A stretch of 64,000 nt of DNA from positions 3,100,001 to 3,164,000 of the forward strand of contig CDPCPM010000057.1 of the NCBI GenBank assembly GCA_976551045.1. The letters run 5' to 3'. Source of the DNA: Glaucostegus cemiculus (Eukaryota). A program made the position numbers and the translations under genes. The notes under the pieces are model-generated. The model ran no database searches. It saw nothing but the letters and a program-made list of their open reading frames with translations, and had not been told where the DNA came from. Shown one piece after another: positions 51,898 to 64,000 of this stretch (the first letter of the stretch is position 1; every line of letters begins with the position of its first letter).

Positions 51898-52920
51898 CTG
51901 TAAAAGTAAGTTGTGATAGGTCAGAAAAAAAAAATCACTAACATGTCATCTCTATTTACTTGGCACGGACTCCCACTCAGCTATCTATTAATTACTTTGT
52001 AGAGGAAACATCATTTGTGGACAAAAATCTCAGAAATGACAATGTCCTGTCTTCCTCCACAGGTGATTTTCCTTTTGTCCCTATTTATTCACACATTAAC
52101 TTAAGATGCATGCAAAGCATTTGGGAACCTTACAACTCCCATGTTTTAGCTAAGATTGTCTTTTGCTAATATCTTATTCCGAGAAAAGTACTGAGACACA
52201 CTGTTTCCTGGTTATTCAAAATATTCATTTGATATTTCAATGGATCTTATTCTTGTCAGATGCATCTGCGGTGCTTCAATAGTCCCTCCCTTTGTGGCTG
52301 GATTTCCTATGCCTCTACCCCTACTGGATTCCTGTATTTGGTGAGATTCATGTGTTTGTACGTCCCTAATGTTGTCAATGGACCACGTCAGAGAATTATC
52401 TGTCGTCTGCTTTAAGATTTCTGGCTCAAGAGGGATCCCATTTCTAGTCCGACTGGCAAAGCTGTTCTTCCTCAAACAAGTTTCTTTCAGCTATGATTGT
52501 CAAAAGTCATTAATTTCCTCTGGGTTCCCTTATCCATTTCCAGACCTTTAGTTAAGAGAACAGTACCAAGCATTTCTCCATCTACTATACTTCCTAGAAT
52601 TGGAATTCATTTGTTTCAATAAATATCTTGAGAATTTCTGCCCAGTCTAATAGTCCCTGGTCTTTAGCCTTCCATAACATGATCTTCTTGTCCTACAAGT
52701 TAAAGAGCTTGTCCACACTGGAAAATATTCTGCATTATTATTATGAAGCACTTCCATAGAATAAATCAGTTACATTTTAAAGTCTGGAATCTGAAAACAA
52801 AATCTGACTGCATTTGCTGCAGAAATAAATATTGTCTTTGACAATGGTACTCATTTCTGAAGGTTTAGACACATGACTGAACTCCCTGTCACTCATTTTG
52901 TTATAAAAACTTCTTCATAC

Positions 52921-53097
52921 TTAGCTTCATAGGTTCTTCCTTGATTTTCACTTCATCATACAAATAGCTGGCAGAATCTTGTTGGTACAATGTATCACTG
53001 ATGATCTTGGGTTGCTCTGCTGTTGGTTTTCTTGTGGAGCTAGTGAACAGTAAACTTGATCTTGTTGTTGGGATGAATGTGGGACTTTTCCCGATAT
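52921..53097 (-). CDS. PRG4: PRG4 candidate linker exon after the SMB domains
   Basis: cacag| and a|gtatga; 177 nt, phase 1/1, open. DIGKSPTFIPTTRSS...TLYQQDSASYLYDEVKIKEEPMKL. Occupies the position of the mammalian post-SMB exon(s), but sequence similarity is weak. Confidence 0.65.
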
Positions 53098-54200
53098 CTG
53101 TGATCAAAGTAGTAGCAGGTGGTGAATCATGGCAATTTATTTTTATAGTTTTAATTTAATGTTTTCATAATCAAAATGCAATTTATTGCCAGCAATAAAG
53201 GGAAACAGTGTGGTTTAGAAGTTGATCTTGGGCATTCAAAGTGTGCTAAAAGATTTTTGCATGGCATGCCAACAAATATTTTGTTCATGGGTCTTCTATA
53301 GCAGAATTTAGTGGCACCTGAGACCCAGAGTAAAACTGGATTAGGGGCAGGAAGGGCTGGTGGTGGGGAACCTGATTGGAGCAGAGGATAGGGATGGCTG
53401 TTGATCGAAGCCCGGGAGTGGGATGGTTGGAGACAAGAACCTGGCGAGAAGTTTGGACAGAGATTACTGCCAGAACATTGGTGGCATGGGGGAGCACTGA
53501 TTGAAGATCAGGCCTTTGGGAAGATGGTGGCCAGAGGCTCTAGAGAGATGGTCACAATCATATTCCACATAGGCAAAAGCAATTTCAGATGTGTAACTTC
53601 AACAAAAATAAAGGTACACATCCAGTTTTCTAGGTTGTTGCACCATTGCACATGGCAACATTAGTTAGAGATGAGGAATAGAGATATGGTGGTTGATATC
53701 TATAAATCTATTCAACCAAGAGCAATATTTCTGAATTCAGGGTCAGGAAGCAGAAAGAATGCTATAATGAGAAACTTGCTGGTCTTCTTTTATCCATATT
53801 TAAAAGTGTAGTAAAAAGAATGAAGCTTCCTGGATTTTTAAAGATTTACTATGTGACTGAAGACAAATTACACCTCTGCACAAGTTACTAGTCATTTATT
53901 ATTCAATTAACATGTATCAATAAGGAGAGTAAACAACATTTTGTTTAACTATACTGTGCCTCATAATGAAGAAAGCACACCATTGAGTTCAAAAATGCAA
54001 GGTTCCTGTACTGGCAGAAGTACCAACACAAAACAACAAATGAGATTTTGCCCAGATAGTTTTTAAGATATTACAGTTGGAGTCATCTAATCTTGTAATT
54101 ATTGACTTTGGCTAAAATATTTTATTTTAAAAAGCACAGAGAAAAATGGAAAAGGAAAAGACATGTAGCCACACATTAGGACCAGGATAGTTTATCCTAC

Positions 54201-54320
54201 CTCTTCCACAGTTTGCAACATAATCAGAGCAGCAGTCACCGTATTTCATGCAGTTAGGATCACACTGACATTCTCGCCCGCGTTCATGTTGCTCAAAGCA
54301 GCGTCCAGAACAGGAGGTTT
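54201..54320 (-). CDS. PRG4: PRG4 somatomedin-B domain 2
   Basis: gacag| and g|gtagga. ETSCSGRCFEQHERGRECQCDPNCMKYGDCCSDYVANCGR, 8 Cys (human: ELSCKGRCFESFERGRECDCDAQCKKYDKCCPDYESFC). Confidence 0.95.
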
Positions 54321-54945
54321 CTGTCCAGAGTCAGAGGAGATTTGGTATACAATACAATGCAAAAGAACTGTACAAGGTGCATCATCACATTGAGTAGACT
54401 GGGGGAGAGTGGTATAGTACTGAGTCAGGCATTTCAGTAACATCTCTGCTCGAACAGTATTGGAAGTTTAGGATGAGCCTAATTATTGAACCCCTATCTT
54501 GGGTGTGGGCACAATTAAACTTGATAGTGAAACTTTCCTATTCACAAATACCTTGTTGACAATCTGCAGAGACATAGTGAATAACCAATTGGCTGAGATA
54601 CACATGTGTGTCTGAGCCGCTTGGGGTTGTTCACCAACATAAGCCACTGTATTCGGAGAACTGGAGAAAACTGCCAGTTGATCAATTCATTTTATTGACC
54701 AGATCATGAAATAACAACGATATTATCATAACAGTACTAAATAAAATCCATTGCTATTAAAGAACAAATGTAGCCACTCTTACATATTTGGTTTATATAT
54801 CATATTCAGGTTTAAAGATAGTTTGAAATCAGAGTACAGGATTTTATCTTTGAAGAAGCGAAGACATGCTTTTTACTTGATAGATTTTCCTCAGAATTTA
54901 ATCAATGTTTAAAGACATGCTCGGTCGCTTTTAGCTGATGGTTAC

Positions 54946-55062
54946 CTGATGTACAGAAAGTTCTGTAATCTTTGCAACATTCACCATAACGAAGACATTC
55001 ACTGTCACAGTTGCAATTGTAGCTTCGATCGTACTGAGAAGCACATCTGCCTCTACAGCTGT
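54946..55062 (-). CDS. PRG4: PRG4 somatomedin-B domain 1
   Basis: tgaag| acceptor, g|gtaacc donor. DSCRGRCASQYDRSYNCNCDSECLRYGECCKDYRTFCTS, 8-Cys SMB pattern. Confidence 0.93.
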
Positions 55063-55343
55063 CTTCATTTTACCGAAGAAAAAAAATACACAAAATGACA
55101 TAAAACCTCCAGATATTGATCTAATTTACTGAGACGCACTCCCGAGATCATCACAAATTTGCTTATTACTAATTTCTACTCCAATTTAAAAAAAAATTAT
55201 TTTCCAGATATAGCTTTATTGATAAAGAACTGGTGAATATTGTCCGTTTTATGTTTAGTGTGTCCCTGCACTGGAAGACATCAGAGTATTTTAAAATTTG
55301 TGTCATGGTGGCGGGGCTAAAAGTGCCACCCAGCTGGTCAGGC

Positions 55344-55995
55344 AGAGAGAGAGAGAGAGAGCTGGGGCTTCCAGTGGCTGTGGAGCTCCGAGATGGGGAG
55401 GGGGTGTGACTGGGGCTCGGGGGAGGGGAGGGGGTGTGACTGGGGCTTCCGAGATGGGGAGGGGGTGTGCCTGGGGCTCCCAAGATGGAGAGGGGAGGGG
55501 GTATGACTGGGGCTCGGGGGAGGGGAGGGGGTGTGACTGGGGTTCCCGAGATGGGGAAGGGAGGGGGTGTGACTGGGGCTCTGGGGAGGGGAGGGGGTGT
55601 GACTGGGGCTCGGGGGAGGGGGGGTGACTGGGGCTCGGGGGAGGGGAGGGGGTGTGACTGGGGCTCCCGAGGTGGGGAGGGGAGGGGGTGTGACTGGGGC
55701 TCGGGGGAGGGGGTGTGACTGGGGCTCGGGGGAGGGGAGGGGGTGTGACTGGGGCTCCCGAGATGGGGAGGGGAGGGGGTATGTGGATCGGGGGAGGGGA
55801 GGGGTGTTACTGGGGCTCATGGATGGGGTGTAAGTGGGGCTCTGAGACGGGAGAGGGGATGTTACTGGGGCTCGGGGGATGGTGTCACTGGGGCTCCGAA
55901 ATGGGGAGGCGGTGTTACTGTGGTCCTGGGATGGGGGAGGAGGTGTTACTGGGGCTCCGAGCGGAGGCCGGGGGCGGGCAGTGGGGCTCCGAGGA
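55344..55995 (+). repeat. G-rich minisatellite (unit about 28-34 bp) preceded by (GA)n
   Basis: Tandem ggggaggggagggggtgtgactggggctc(ccgagat) units, degrading towards 55990. Confidence 0.92.
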
Positions 55996-57209
55996 TGGCG
56001 GGGTCGCTGCATGAACTGACAACACGAGGGCTGCTCCGCTGCCAGGCAACACCTGTCAAATTTTGCAGCTGATCGCTGCACCTGTGTCTTATTGGCAGCC
56101 AGAACGGTCACTGATGATGACCTGCACCGGGGGTGGGGGCTGCACTTCAGGCTTGTCGGTTCAGATCGTCACCGAGTGTTGCGACGGGAAGTTGGACAGA
56201 AAGGTATCGTTGTTCCTGTAATGTAGTTCGAACACTCAATTTCGGAAGTAAGCAAAGGCTTGAAGTGAGACGTGGGGAAAGGATTGAGGGGAATGGGAGC
56301 AGAGAAGCGGTGGGGAGTGGGGCCGTGCTCAGCACCCGTCTTGAAAGAAGTGGGGGAGGGTTAGGGATGAGTGACAGCTGAGCGAGGGGGCGGGCGACTC
56401 CAAGAAGCAGTGGTGCTTGAAGTGAGCTTGCGGAACGTACAGTGGGGGAATGAGTTTGGGTCAAGGACTAAAATAGAGACCAATGTATTTGGCTGCTGAA
56501 AATCATCGCTGCACCCCTCTCCCTCACGAAAACTTTTTAGAGCCAAGCAGAGATTTCTTCTGTCCCATGTTGTGTGTCAGCAAAAAGGAATGGAAAGCAT
56601 AAGAGGAGAAGGGATGAAAAAGGAAGACGGGGAAGCGAAGAGGAAAGGGAAAAGAAGCTCCAAAGTGAAGATTGATTTGTTGATTTCTGTGTAGGTGATC
56701 TATTAACACAGAGACTACTGAGTGTACAATACTCATGCATACATGAGAATTCGTTTCATGGCCTTGCTCTATTCCTGTTATGTGTTGTAAATGTGGAGGT
56801 TACTTCGCTTGGTTTATTGCTTGTTTGTCCCTACAACATTGGAATGTACTGGAATGCTTAGGAAACTGCATAGGCTGGCAGAGAATGAGGGCCTGATTTA
56901 GCATGAGACAAGGGTTACTTCTTGAGCTTTGTTAGGAATCTGCCACTGAAGTTGGTGATGAAATCTCCAATGGATCAGATAGCTGTATGTATGGACTTCA
57001 TTAATATCTATGGACTGCCTAGAGCCCCCTCTCTTCCCCACCCCCCCCCCCATGCTCATGTATGTCTATCTCTTTTATCACTATGTCCATGCGCCACAGA
57101 AGGAGACAGTTTCAGCCGTTTATGTCTATGTCAGGTTATAGAGCAATTTCATTCCTACTAATTCTCCGTTGTTTTCTCCCACCCCACCCCACATGCGTGC
57201 ACATACACA

Positions 57210-57750
57210 CCAGGATATGGATCAGTTGGAAAGTTGAGCAGATGCAATTTAATCCTGACAAGTGCAAGGTGATGTATTTTGGGAAGTCAACTAGGGGTAG
57301 GACAAAGGAATATTGATGAATGGCAAGACCAAGCGGTCCAAGTCCATTGTTCCCTGAAAATGGCAGCGTAGGTTGATGGTGGCGAAAAGGCAGATGACCT
57401 GCTTGTGTTCATAGGTCAGGGCGTGGGATATAAAAGTTGGGGAGTTATGTTGCAACTTTACAAAGCATTAGTTAGGCTTTGCTTGGAGCAATGTGTACAG
57501 TTCTGGTCACCACACTGTAAGAAGGATGTGATTTGTGCAGAGGAGAATTCATCAGTACATTGCCTGGATTGGAGGACTTTAGTTATGTGGATAGACTGGG
57601 CTTGTTTCCCTGGAATGAAGGAGGCTGAAGGGGTGACCTGATAGAAATATTGGGTTAAGGTGAGAGGAAGGAGCTTTAAAGGGCATCTGAGGGTTAAGTA
57701 TTTTACAGAGTGGTTGATACCTGGGATATTGCTGTGGAGAGTGGTTGATA
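57210..57750 (+). mobile_element. CR1-type LINE 3' fragment
   Basis: QMQFNPDKCKVMYFGKS and MLQLYKALVRLCLEQCVQFWSPHCKKDV. Confidence 0.85.
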
Positions 57751-58607
57751 TTTGATAATGATATATAAATTCTCTCTTCCAACAATCAATGATTTTTGTC
57801 TAACGATGATACCTTGATGTGTGAATTTTGAGGTGAGCTCCTTTTGAGGCCATACCCATGACATTAAACCTTCAGCTGCAAAGCTTAGTCTATTTTAAAG
57901 TCATAGAGTCTCAATGAAATGTTGAAGATTTTTAAAATTAAAAAAAAAATTAATTAGTACTAAATCTGTAGTCTAGAAGCAGACTTTTTCCAAACTAAAT
58001 ATCTGATCATATTGTATTATCTGTAACTATTCTTATTTTTTGCTTTCAAATGTAATTCTCAAGTTGTTGCATTTATTCAATTTCAACATGTTTTGATAAG
58101 TTATGAGTAATGGCTGATGACTGAGCCCATTTTCATCCTATGAAGATGATTAGCACATAGAGAATATTGGTCAAAATATTTGGAAAAACCGATCCACAAA
58201 GCCAATTCAGGGTCACAACCGAAAAAAAAGCACTTTCTCTTGAGCCCATTGGGAAGGCTGATGTGGCCTCAATTTAATATGAATACATTTTGCAAATAGA
58301 TGGCTGCCTGTTGACTGATATGGCCAGGTAGTACTGGAGTCAATAGTTGAATATTTGTATTTTGGACATCACTGTGCTGTCCAGATGTGTTCAGAGCACT
58401 GTGCTAGGTGATTTGAGTTCTAGGGCATCATAATCAGACCCATCCTCATGGCTGCTTCTGGCAGATTCTTGTATGAATTGTAACAGACTTTTAACCTGCC
58501 TAAATGGATCAATACAAATCTATTGTAGCAAAAGTGCCTCATTTCTGCGTTCATTAAAGTTAATTAAATAATTTTGTCATTAATGTTATTTCAGTTCCAT
58601 CACTTAC

Positions 58608-58701
58608 CTTCAGTTGAGATCACTGTTAGCAAGTTAAATGATGAAACAATTAAAAGAATTGTTTGCCATGTGATGAGATTTTGAGGACTGGCCATCTTCA
58701 T
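58608..58701 (-). CDS. PRG4: PRG4 first coding exon, signal peptide (ATG at 58701 or 58695)
   Basis: MKMASPQNLITWQTILLIVSSFNLLTVISTE then g|gtaagt, a phase-1 donor that fits SMB1. Hydrophobic core resembles human MAWKTLPIYLLLLLSVFVIQQVSS. Confidence 0.82.
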
Positions 58702-59470
58702 CTGCTTGTAACTACATGAAAGAAGCACAGGTTCATGGTAGAGAAGGTGTAATCCAAGGCAATAAAGGCCATTTCTGCTAACAACTTGTTATTTTGATTA
58801 AATTTTGTTAAATTAGCATAGGGCAAGGATTAACTTTGCCATTTGTATAACTCTGCAATGACAGACATGGTCTTTAACTCCATCAATCACCAAGGAAGAC
58901 ACAACAAGTATTCACAAGACATGTCAGGTTCAATGGCAGTGCACACTGGGGGCCACTTCACATAAAATGCAAACTGTGGACTGAAGTATTTAACTGCACA
59001 TGCTCTTTCTTTACATTTGGCTAGTTTAATTGAGATTTTTACTGTGTAAAAACTGGATTTTAATGGGTTATTACATATTTTGTGTCCTTCAGCAATAATT
59101 GGGCCACTTTTTACATTAAAAGCACTGCTGTGGCGTTTTGCCCACAAGCAAGCGTTAAATTGGGACGTTATTCCTATTGGAAGCTGCATGTGCTGCTTTC
59201 TATCAGTGTGTTTGTAGTTGCATTGACCTCTGGAAAGCAAGTTGAAGACACTAAGGGGAGGATGGTTAAAGGGTCCAGTTATATGAACAAACAAGCTGTA
59301 AATAGTGAAGGAACTATCAATGAATCATTTTCCTTGTTGATGACCATTGAAAATGGAAGCTGGCAGATGCTGTGTGCAAGACATTGATGCAGTTCTTTGA
59401 ATTGCTGTATCAACTCAGATCCTTGGTGACATGGTTTTAGTTTATCTGTGAATGATCTCTGGTTCAAGTT

Positions 59471-61790
59471 AACATAGAACACTACAGCACAGTACAGGCC
59501 CATCGGCCCACAATGTTGTGCTGACATCTTATCTGCTATAAGAGCTATCTAACCCTTCCCTCCCACATAGTCACTCAACCTATCCTCATAAGACATGCTC
59601 TCCAATCCAGGCAGCATCCTAGTAAATCTCCTCTGCACCTTCTCCACATCCTTCCTATAATGAGGTGACCAGAACTGAATACAATACTCCGTCTGGTCTA
59701 ACCAGAGTTCTATAGAGCTGCAACATTACCTCATGGCTCTTGAACTCAATACTTAGACTAATGAAGGCCAACACCATACGCCGCCTTAACAACAACCCTA
59801 TTGACCTGCGTGGCAACTTTGAGGGATCTATGGACTTGGACCCCAAGATTCCTCTGTTCCTCTAGACTGCTAAGAGTCTTCCCATTAACCTTGTATTCTT
59901 CCTTCAAATTAGATCTCTTGAAGTGTATCACTTCACATTTTCCCCGATAGAACTCCATCTGACACTTCTCAGCCCAGCTCTGCATTCTATCAATATCCTG
60001 TTGTAATCTACAGCAACCTTCTACACTATCCACAACACCACCAACCTTTGTATCATCAACAAACTTACTAACCCACCCTTCCACATCCTCATCCAAGTCA
60101 GTTATAAAAATCACCAAGAGCAGGGGTCCCAGAGCAGATCCCTACGGAACACCATTGGTCACTGACCTCCAGGCAGAATATGCTCCATCTACTACCACCC
60201 TCTGTCTTCTATGGGTGAGCCAATTCTGAATTCACACAGCCAAATTTCCCTGGATCCCATGCCTCCTGACATTCTGCATGAGCCTTCCATGAGGAACCTT
60301 ATCAAACGCCTTACTGAAATCCATGTACACCACATCCACTGCTCTACCTTCATCAATGTGCTTTGTCACATCCTCAAAGAATTCAGTCAGGCTTGTGAGG
60401 CATAACCTGCCCCTCACAAAGCCATGCTGACTGTCCTTAATCAGCCTATGCTTCTCCAAATGCCCATAAATACTGTCTCTAAGAATCTTCTCCAGTAATT
60501 TGCCCATCATTGAAGTAAGACTCGCTGGTCTGTAATTCCCAGGATTATCTCTACTCTCTTTCTTAAACAAAGGAACAACATTTGCCATCCTCCAACCATC
60601 TGGCATTACTCCTGTGGCCAGTGAGGATGCAAAAATCATCATCAAAGGCACAGTAATCTCTTCCCTCACTTCCTGTAATAACCTTGGATATATCCCGTCC
60701 GGCCCTGGTGACTAATGCTTTTCAAAAGGTCAAGCACATCCTCTTTCCTCATGTCAACGTGCCCTAGCGTATCAGCCTGTTGCATCCTCACAAACGTCGT
60801 CTCTCACGGGTGAATACTGAAGCAAAGTATTCATTAAGGACCTCCCCTATCTCTTGCAATTCCAGGCACGTTTCCTCATCCCTGATTGGTCCTACCCTCG
60901 CTCTAGTCATCCTCCTATTCTTCACATACATGTAGAATGTATTGGGGTTTTCCTTGATCCTACTCACCAAGGCCTTCTCATGCCCCCTTCTAGCTCTCTT
61001 CAGTGCATTCTTAAGCTCCCTCCCGGCTACCTTGTAACTCTCCAGAGTCCTGTATGATCCTTGCTTTCTAAACCTCAGATGTCTTTCTTCCTCTTGACAA
61101 GATATTCTACATCTCTTGTCAACCGTGGTTCCTTCACTCTACCATCCTTACCCTGCCTCAATGGGATAATCCCATCCAGAACACCATGCAAGTACTCCCA
61201 AAAAAAATCCACATTTCCGCTGTGCACTTCTCCCAAGAACATCTGTTCCCAATTTACACTTCCAAGTTCCTGCCCAATAGCATCATAATTCCCCCTCCCT
61301 CAGTTAAATACTTTCCCATATCATCTGTTCCTGTCCCTCTCCAAGGCTAAGGTAAAGGTCAGGGAGTTATGGTCACCATCTCCAAAATGCTTGACCTGAT
61401 TGGGCCCATTGCCCAGTACCAGGTCCAGAATGGCTGCTCCTCTAGTCAGCCTGTCCACATGCTGTGTCTGGAATCGTTCCTGAACACTCCCAACAAACTC
61501 TGCCCCACTTATCCACTTTACACAAGGAGGTGCCAATCAATATTAGTGAAGTTGAAATCACCCGCGGCAACAACACTGTTATTTTTGCACCTCTCCAAAA
61601 TCTGTCTCCTGATCTGCTCCTCAGCATCTCTGCTGCTATGGGGGGAGGGGGGTGGGTCTGTAGAATACTCCCAATAGAGTGACCGCTCCCTTCCTGTTTT
61701 TGACTTCCACGCACACTGACTCAGTGGACAATCCTTCCAGGACATCCTCTCTTTCTACAGCTGTGACACTGTCCCCAACATCTAATCCCT
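59471..61790 (-). mobile_element. CR1/HER1-type LINE, long disrupted ORF2 (endonuclease to RT) with 3' tail
   Basis: AGDFNFTNIDW (endonuclease), ILDLVLGN, WRMANVVPLFKK...GNYRPASLTS, VDVVYMDFSKAFDKVPH, SKFVDDTKVGG; tail gggcctgtactgtgctgtagtgttctatg. Confidence 0.92.
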
Positions 61791-63977
61791 GCTGGCAACG
61801 GAGAAGCTGTATCCAATACAACCTGGTGCATGACTGATGTTAGGCAAACATCAGTTACACTTAAGTGGACCATGTGTGGAAATGCCCAGGCCAGTTTTTT
61901 GATAGCTTCAATTTCATCCAGAAGTCATCACTGACGCAATCTACTCTGGGTAAAACTGCTTTGTGTATTTGCACACAAAGAATATTTAGGCAAATGGGTC
62001 CAATTTCTGGGCTGCAATTCGCCAAACAATGTTGCAATAAATATAGTGCAGTTAATACTGATTTCCTTTTTAAAAAAAAGGTTAAATTGAAAAGAACTGT
62101 TTAAAATTATGTTGCAATAGTTTAGCTTGCAATAATCAAGTTATACCAATTAACGTCTTGTTATAAGTGTCCAAATGATATGAAAGGGGTATGTGATTTT
62201 CTTTGAACAAATGTATTTGTTTACTTAATGCGCTTTAGGTGGAGAGTAACAGTTCTGCAGAAGCTAAGATTTCCATTTGTATCTGGTACCAATACTGGGT
62301 CCTCTCTTTCATAATCACTTTAAATTCTGTGATATTAGGAGTTCTTGTTATGGAGCACATTCTGCTTAGATGAGAGCAAAGACTTGCATAATGCCTTTCA
62401 AAACTTCAGGCTGCCCCAAAAATACTTTACAGATGAAGTTTATTTAAAATGCAATTATAACAAGAAGCTAATTTTCCTCTGGCTCCAAAGACAACAGTGA
62501 GGAGATGATCAGATAACCTGTTTTAGTGATGCTGCCTGATAGATAAATATGGATCAGATCCTGGGGAAATCTCTCCTCCTCTTTCAAATAGTTTCAGGGG
62601 GTCTTCCATGTTTACCCAAGAGAAGAGAGATGGTATCCCTGACAGTACACCACTCCCTTGGCATTACATTAAAGTATTACTACTTTTTAATCCTCTAGTT
62701 CTTGGAATAGGCTTGAACCCAAAACTTTGACTCAAGGGTATTGAATGTGATTACCTCTTGAACACTGTCATTAAGTCAGCATGAAAGTCCTAAGATTTGT
62801 CTCGCTCATCCTCATCACCTGTTCATTTTTATATCCTTTCTGTATTGAAATCCTTTCTGTATTCATTATGAGGTTTGTAAGTCTTTTCAACAAACCATTG
62901 GATTTTTAAAATTTCTGCAAGTTTTCTCCACTTCCTGCAATTTACAAGCTTTTAATACAGAAGTGTCTGTTGGTAGTAACTCTTTCATTTATCATATCTT
63001 CCCTCTTTGTAGACTTGGTGGTGTTCTGTATATTGGTGTTGGTCATTTATTCAGTTTTTAATTCAAAAACGTATTGCCAATGAAATCAGTAACTCTTATG
63101 TTTAGGATCATTATCTTCTGAGTTTGGAAGTATTTGATCTTTCCCAATTTATGAACCTTAACAGGCATTTAGAGAGGAAATTTGTCTTTGTACTGGCTCT
63201 AATACTTTTTCAATGGGGTTTAATCCATTTCTCATCAAGGCATTTCATTTAGACTGGAGACTATTATTAGTTAAAACGTGCACCTAGTTTCTGATTTGTA
63301 AAAGAGATTGCCATGTATCCCAAAAGATGTGCTGAAAATCACTAATTGTACTAATAAACTGTATTCTCATTAAATTATGTTTTAAGTTGATCATTTATTG
63401 CAACCCGGTGACAGAATCAATTGAATTCAGGACATCAAAAGAATGTAAATATCATAGATTCTGTATTAACAAAAATTGCTGCTATAAAGAAGTATTTTTC
63501 CAGTAATTTGTATCAATATAAATAAAAACATTTGTTAAGTTAATTAATTCTTAAAAAGCAATAATGAATGTCGTAGAATTAACATTGTAAATTAAGTTGT
63601 TTAATCTTTTGAATTGGTCATTCCTGCACTCGGTCTTTATTGATTCAGTCACATGAAATACTCTGAAACATTGTGATATTTTGAAAACATGATCTTCATT
63701 TCATGTAATGAAGTCAAATAGTCAGAATATAGCATATATTCACAAATGTCTTTATGTTGTCAGACAATTAACATGGAGAACTTTGACAGCCTTTTTGAAT
63801 TAACAGCTTTCTTTGGACTAACCTTATCCTATTATAAAATGCTTAAAACTTTTTTAAAAAAATGAATGCTCAAGAAATGTATCAGCAGAAAAACTAATTT
63901 AGTCAATAGTTACGTTGGCAAATAACATTTAAATCAAAAGATCTGAATGAATATTTTAATGCAGTTTAAGTACTCAC

Positions 63978-64000
63978 CATATGTCAATCCAGTCTCAGAA
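63978..64000 (-). other. Possible 3' end of an upstream (5'-UTR) PRG4 exon, truncated by the window edge
   Basis: Consensus donor atg|gtgagt on the - strand, about 5 kb upstream of the signal-peptide exon. That exon has an acceptor-like ttctttcatgtag just before its ATG. Confidence 0.4.

Noticed and set aside
55169-56111. Pro-rich or Gly-rich ORFs (257 aa on -, several on +)
   Set aside because: Translation artefacts of the G-rich minisatellite; no convincing splice sites or start context.
59471-61790. Active reverse transcriptase or endonuclease gene
   Set aside because: Multiple frameshifts, stops and internal deletions; a dead CR1 copy.

Overview
Eukaryotic, intron-rich vertebrate DNA. 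The HE1/V-SINE-type and CR1/HER1-type repeats point to a cartilaginous fish (shark or ray); this is an inference. The window holds two convergent genes. On the + strand are the last 21 coding exons of TPR (nuclear-basket nucleoporin), 782-29350, all read by hand with GT-AG boundaries and consistent phases. On the - strand is an apparently complete PRG4/lubricin orthologue of 12 coding exons, 58701 down to 29541: signal peptide, two somatomedin-B domains, a linker, one ~13.0 kb mucin-like exon, a second linker, and the hemopexin-like domain. My spliced model is 14,343 nt, or 4,780 aa. The standout is the mucin exon, which encodes about 4,330 aa of a 20-aa repeat (consensus about DSKILDKGMTTxSVPEDxST), unrelated to the mammalian KEPAPTT repeat and organised into ~1.0-1.1 kb higher-order units. 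The two stop codons are only 190 nt apart, with opposing poly(A) signals 11 nt apart. Introns carry CR1, Rex1/Babar and V-SINE relics, a ~115-bp inverted duplication and a G-rich minisatellite. Orthology calls come from my recall of the human proteins, not from a database search.
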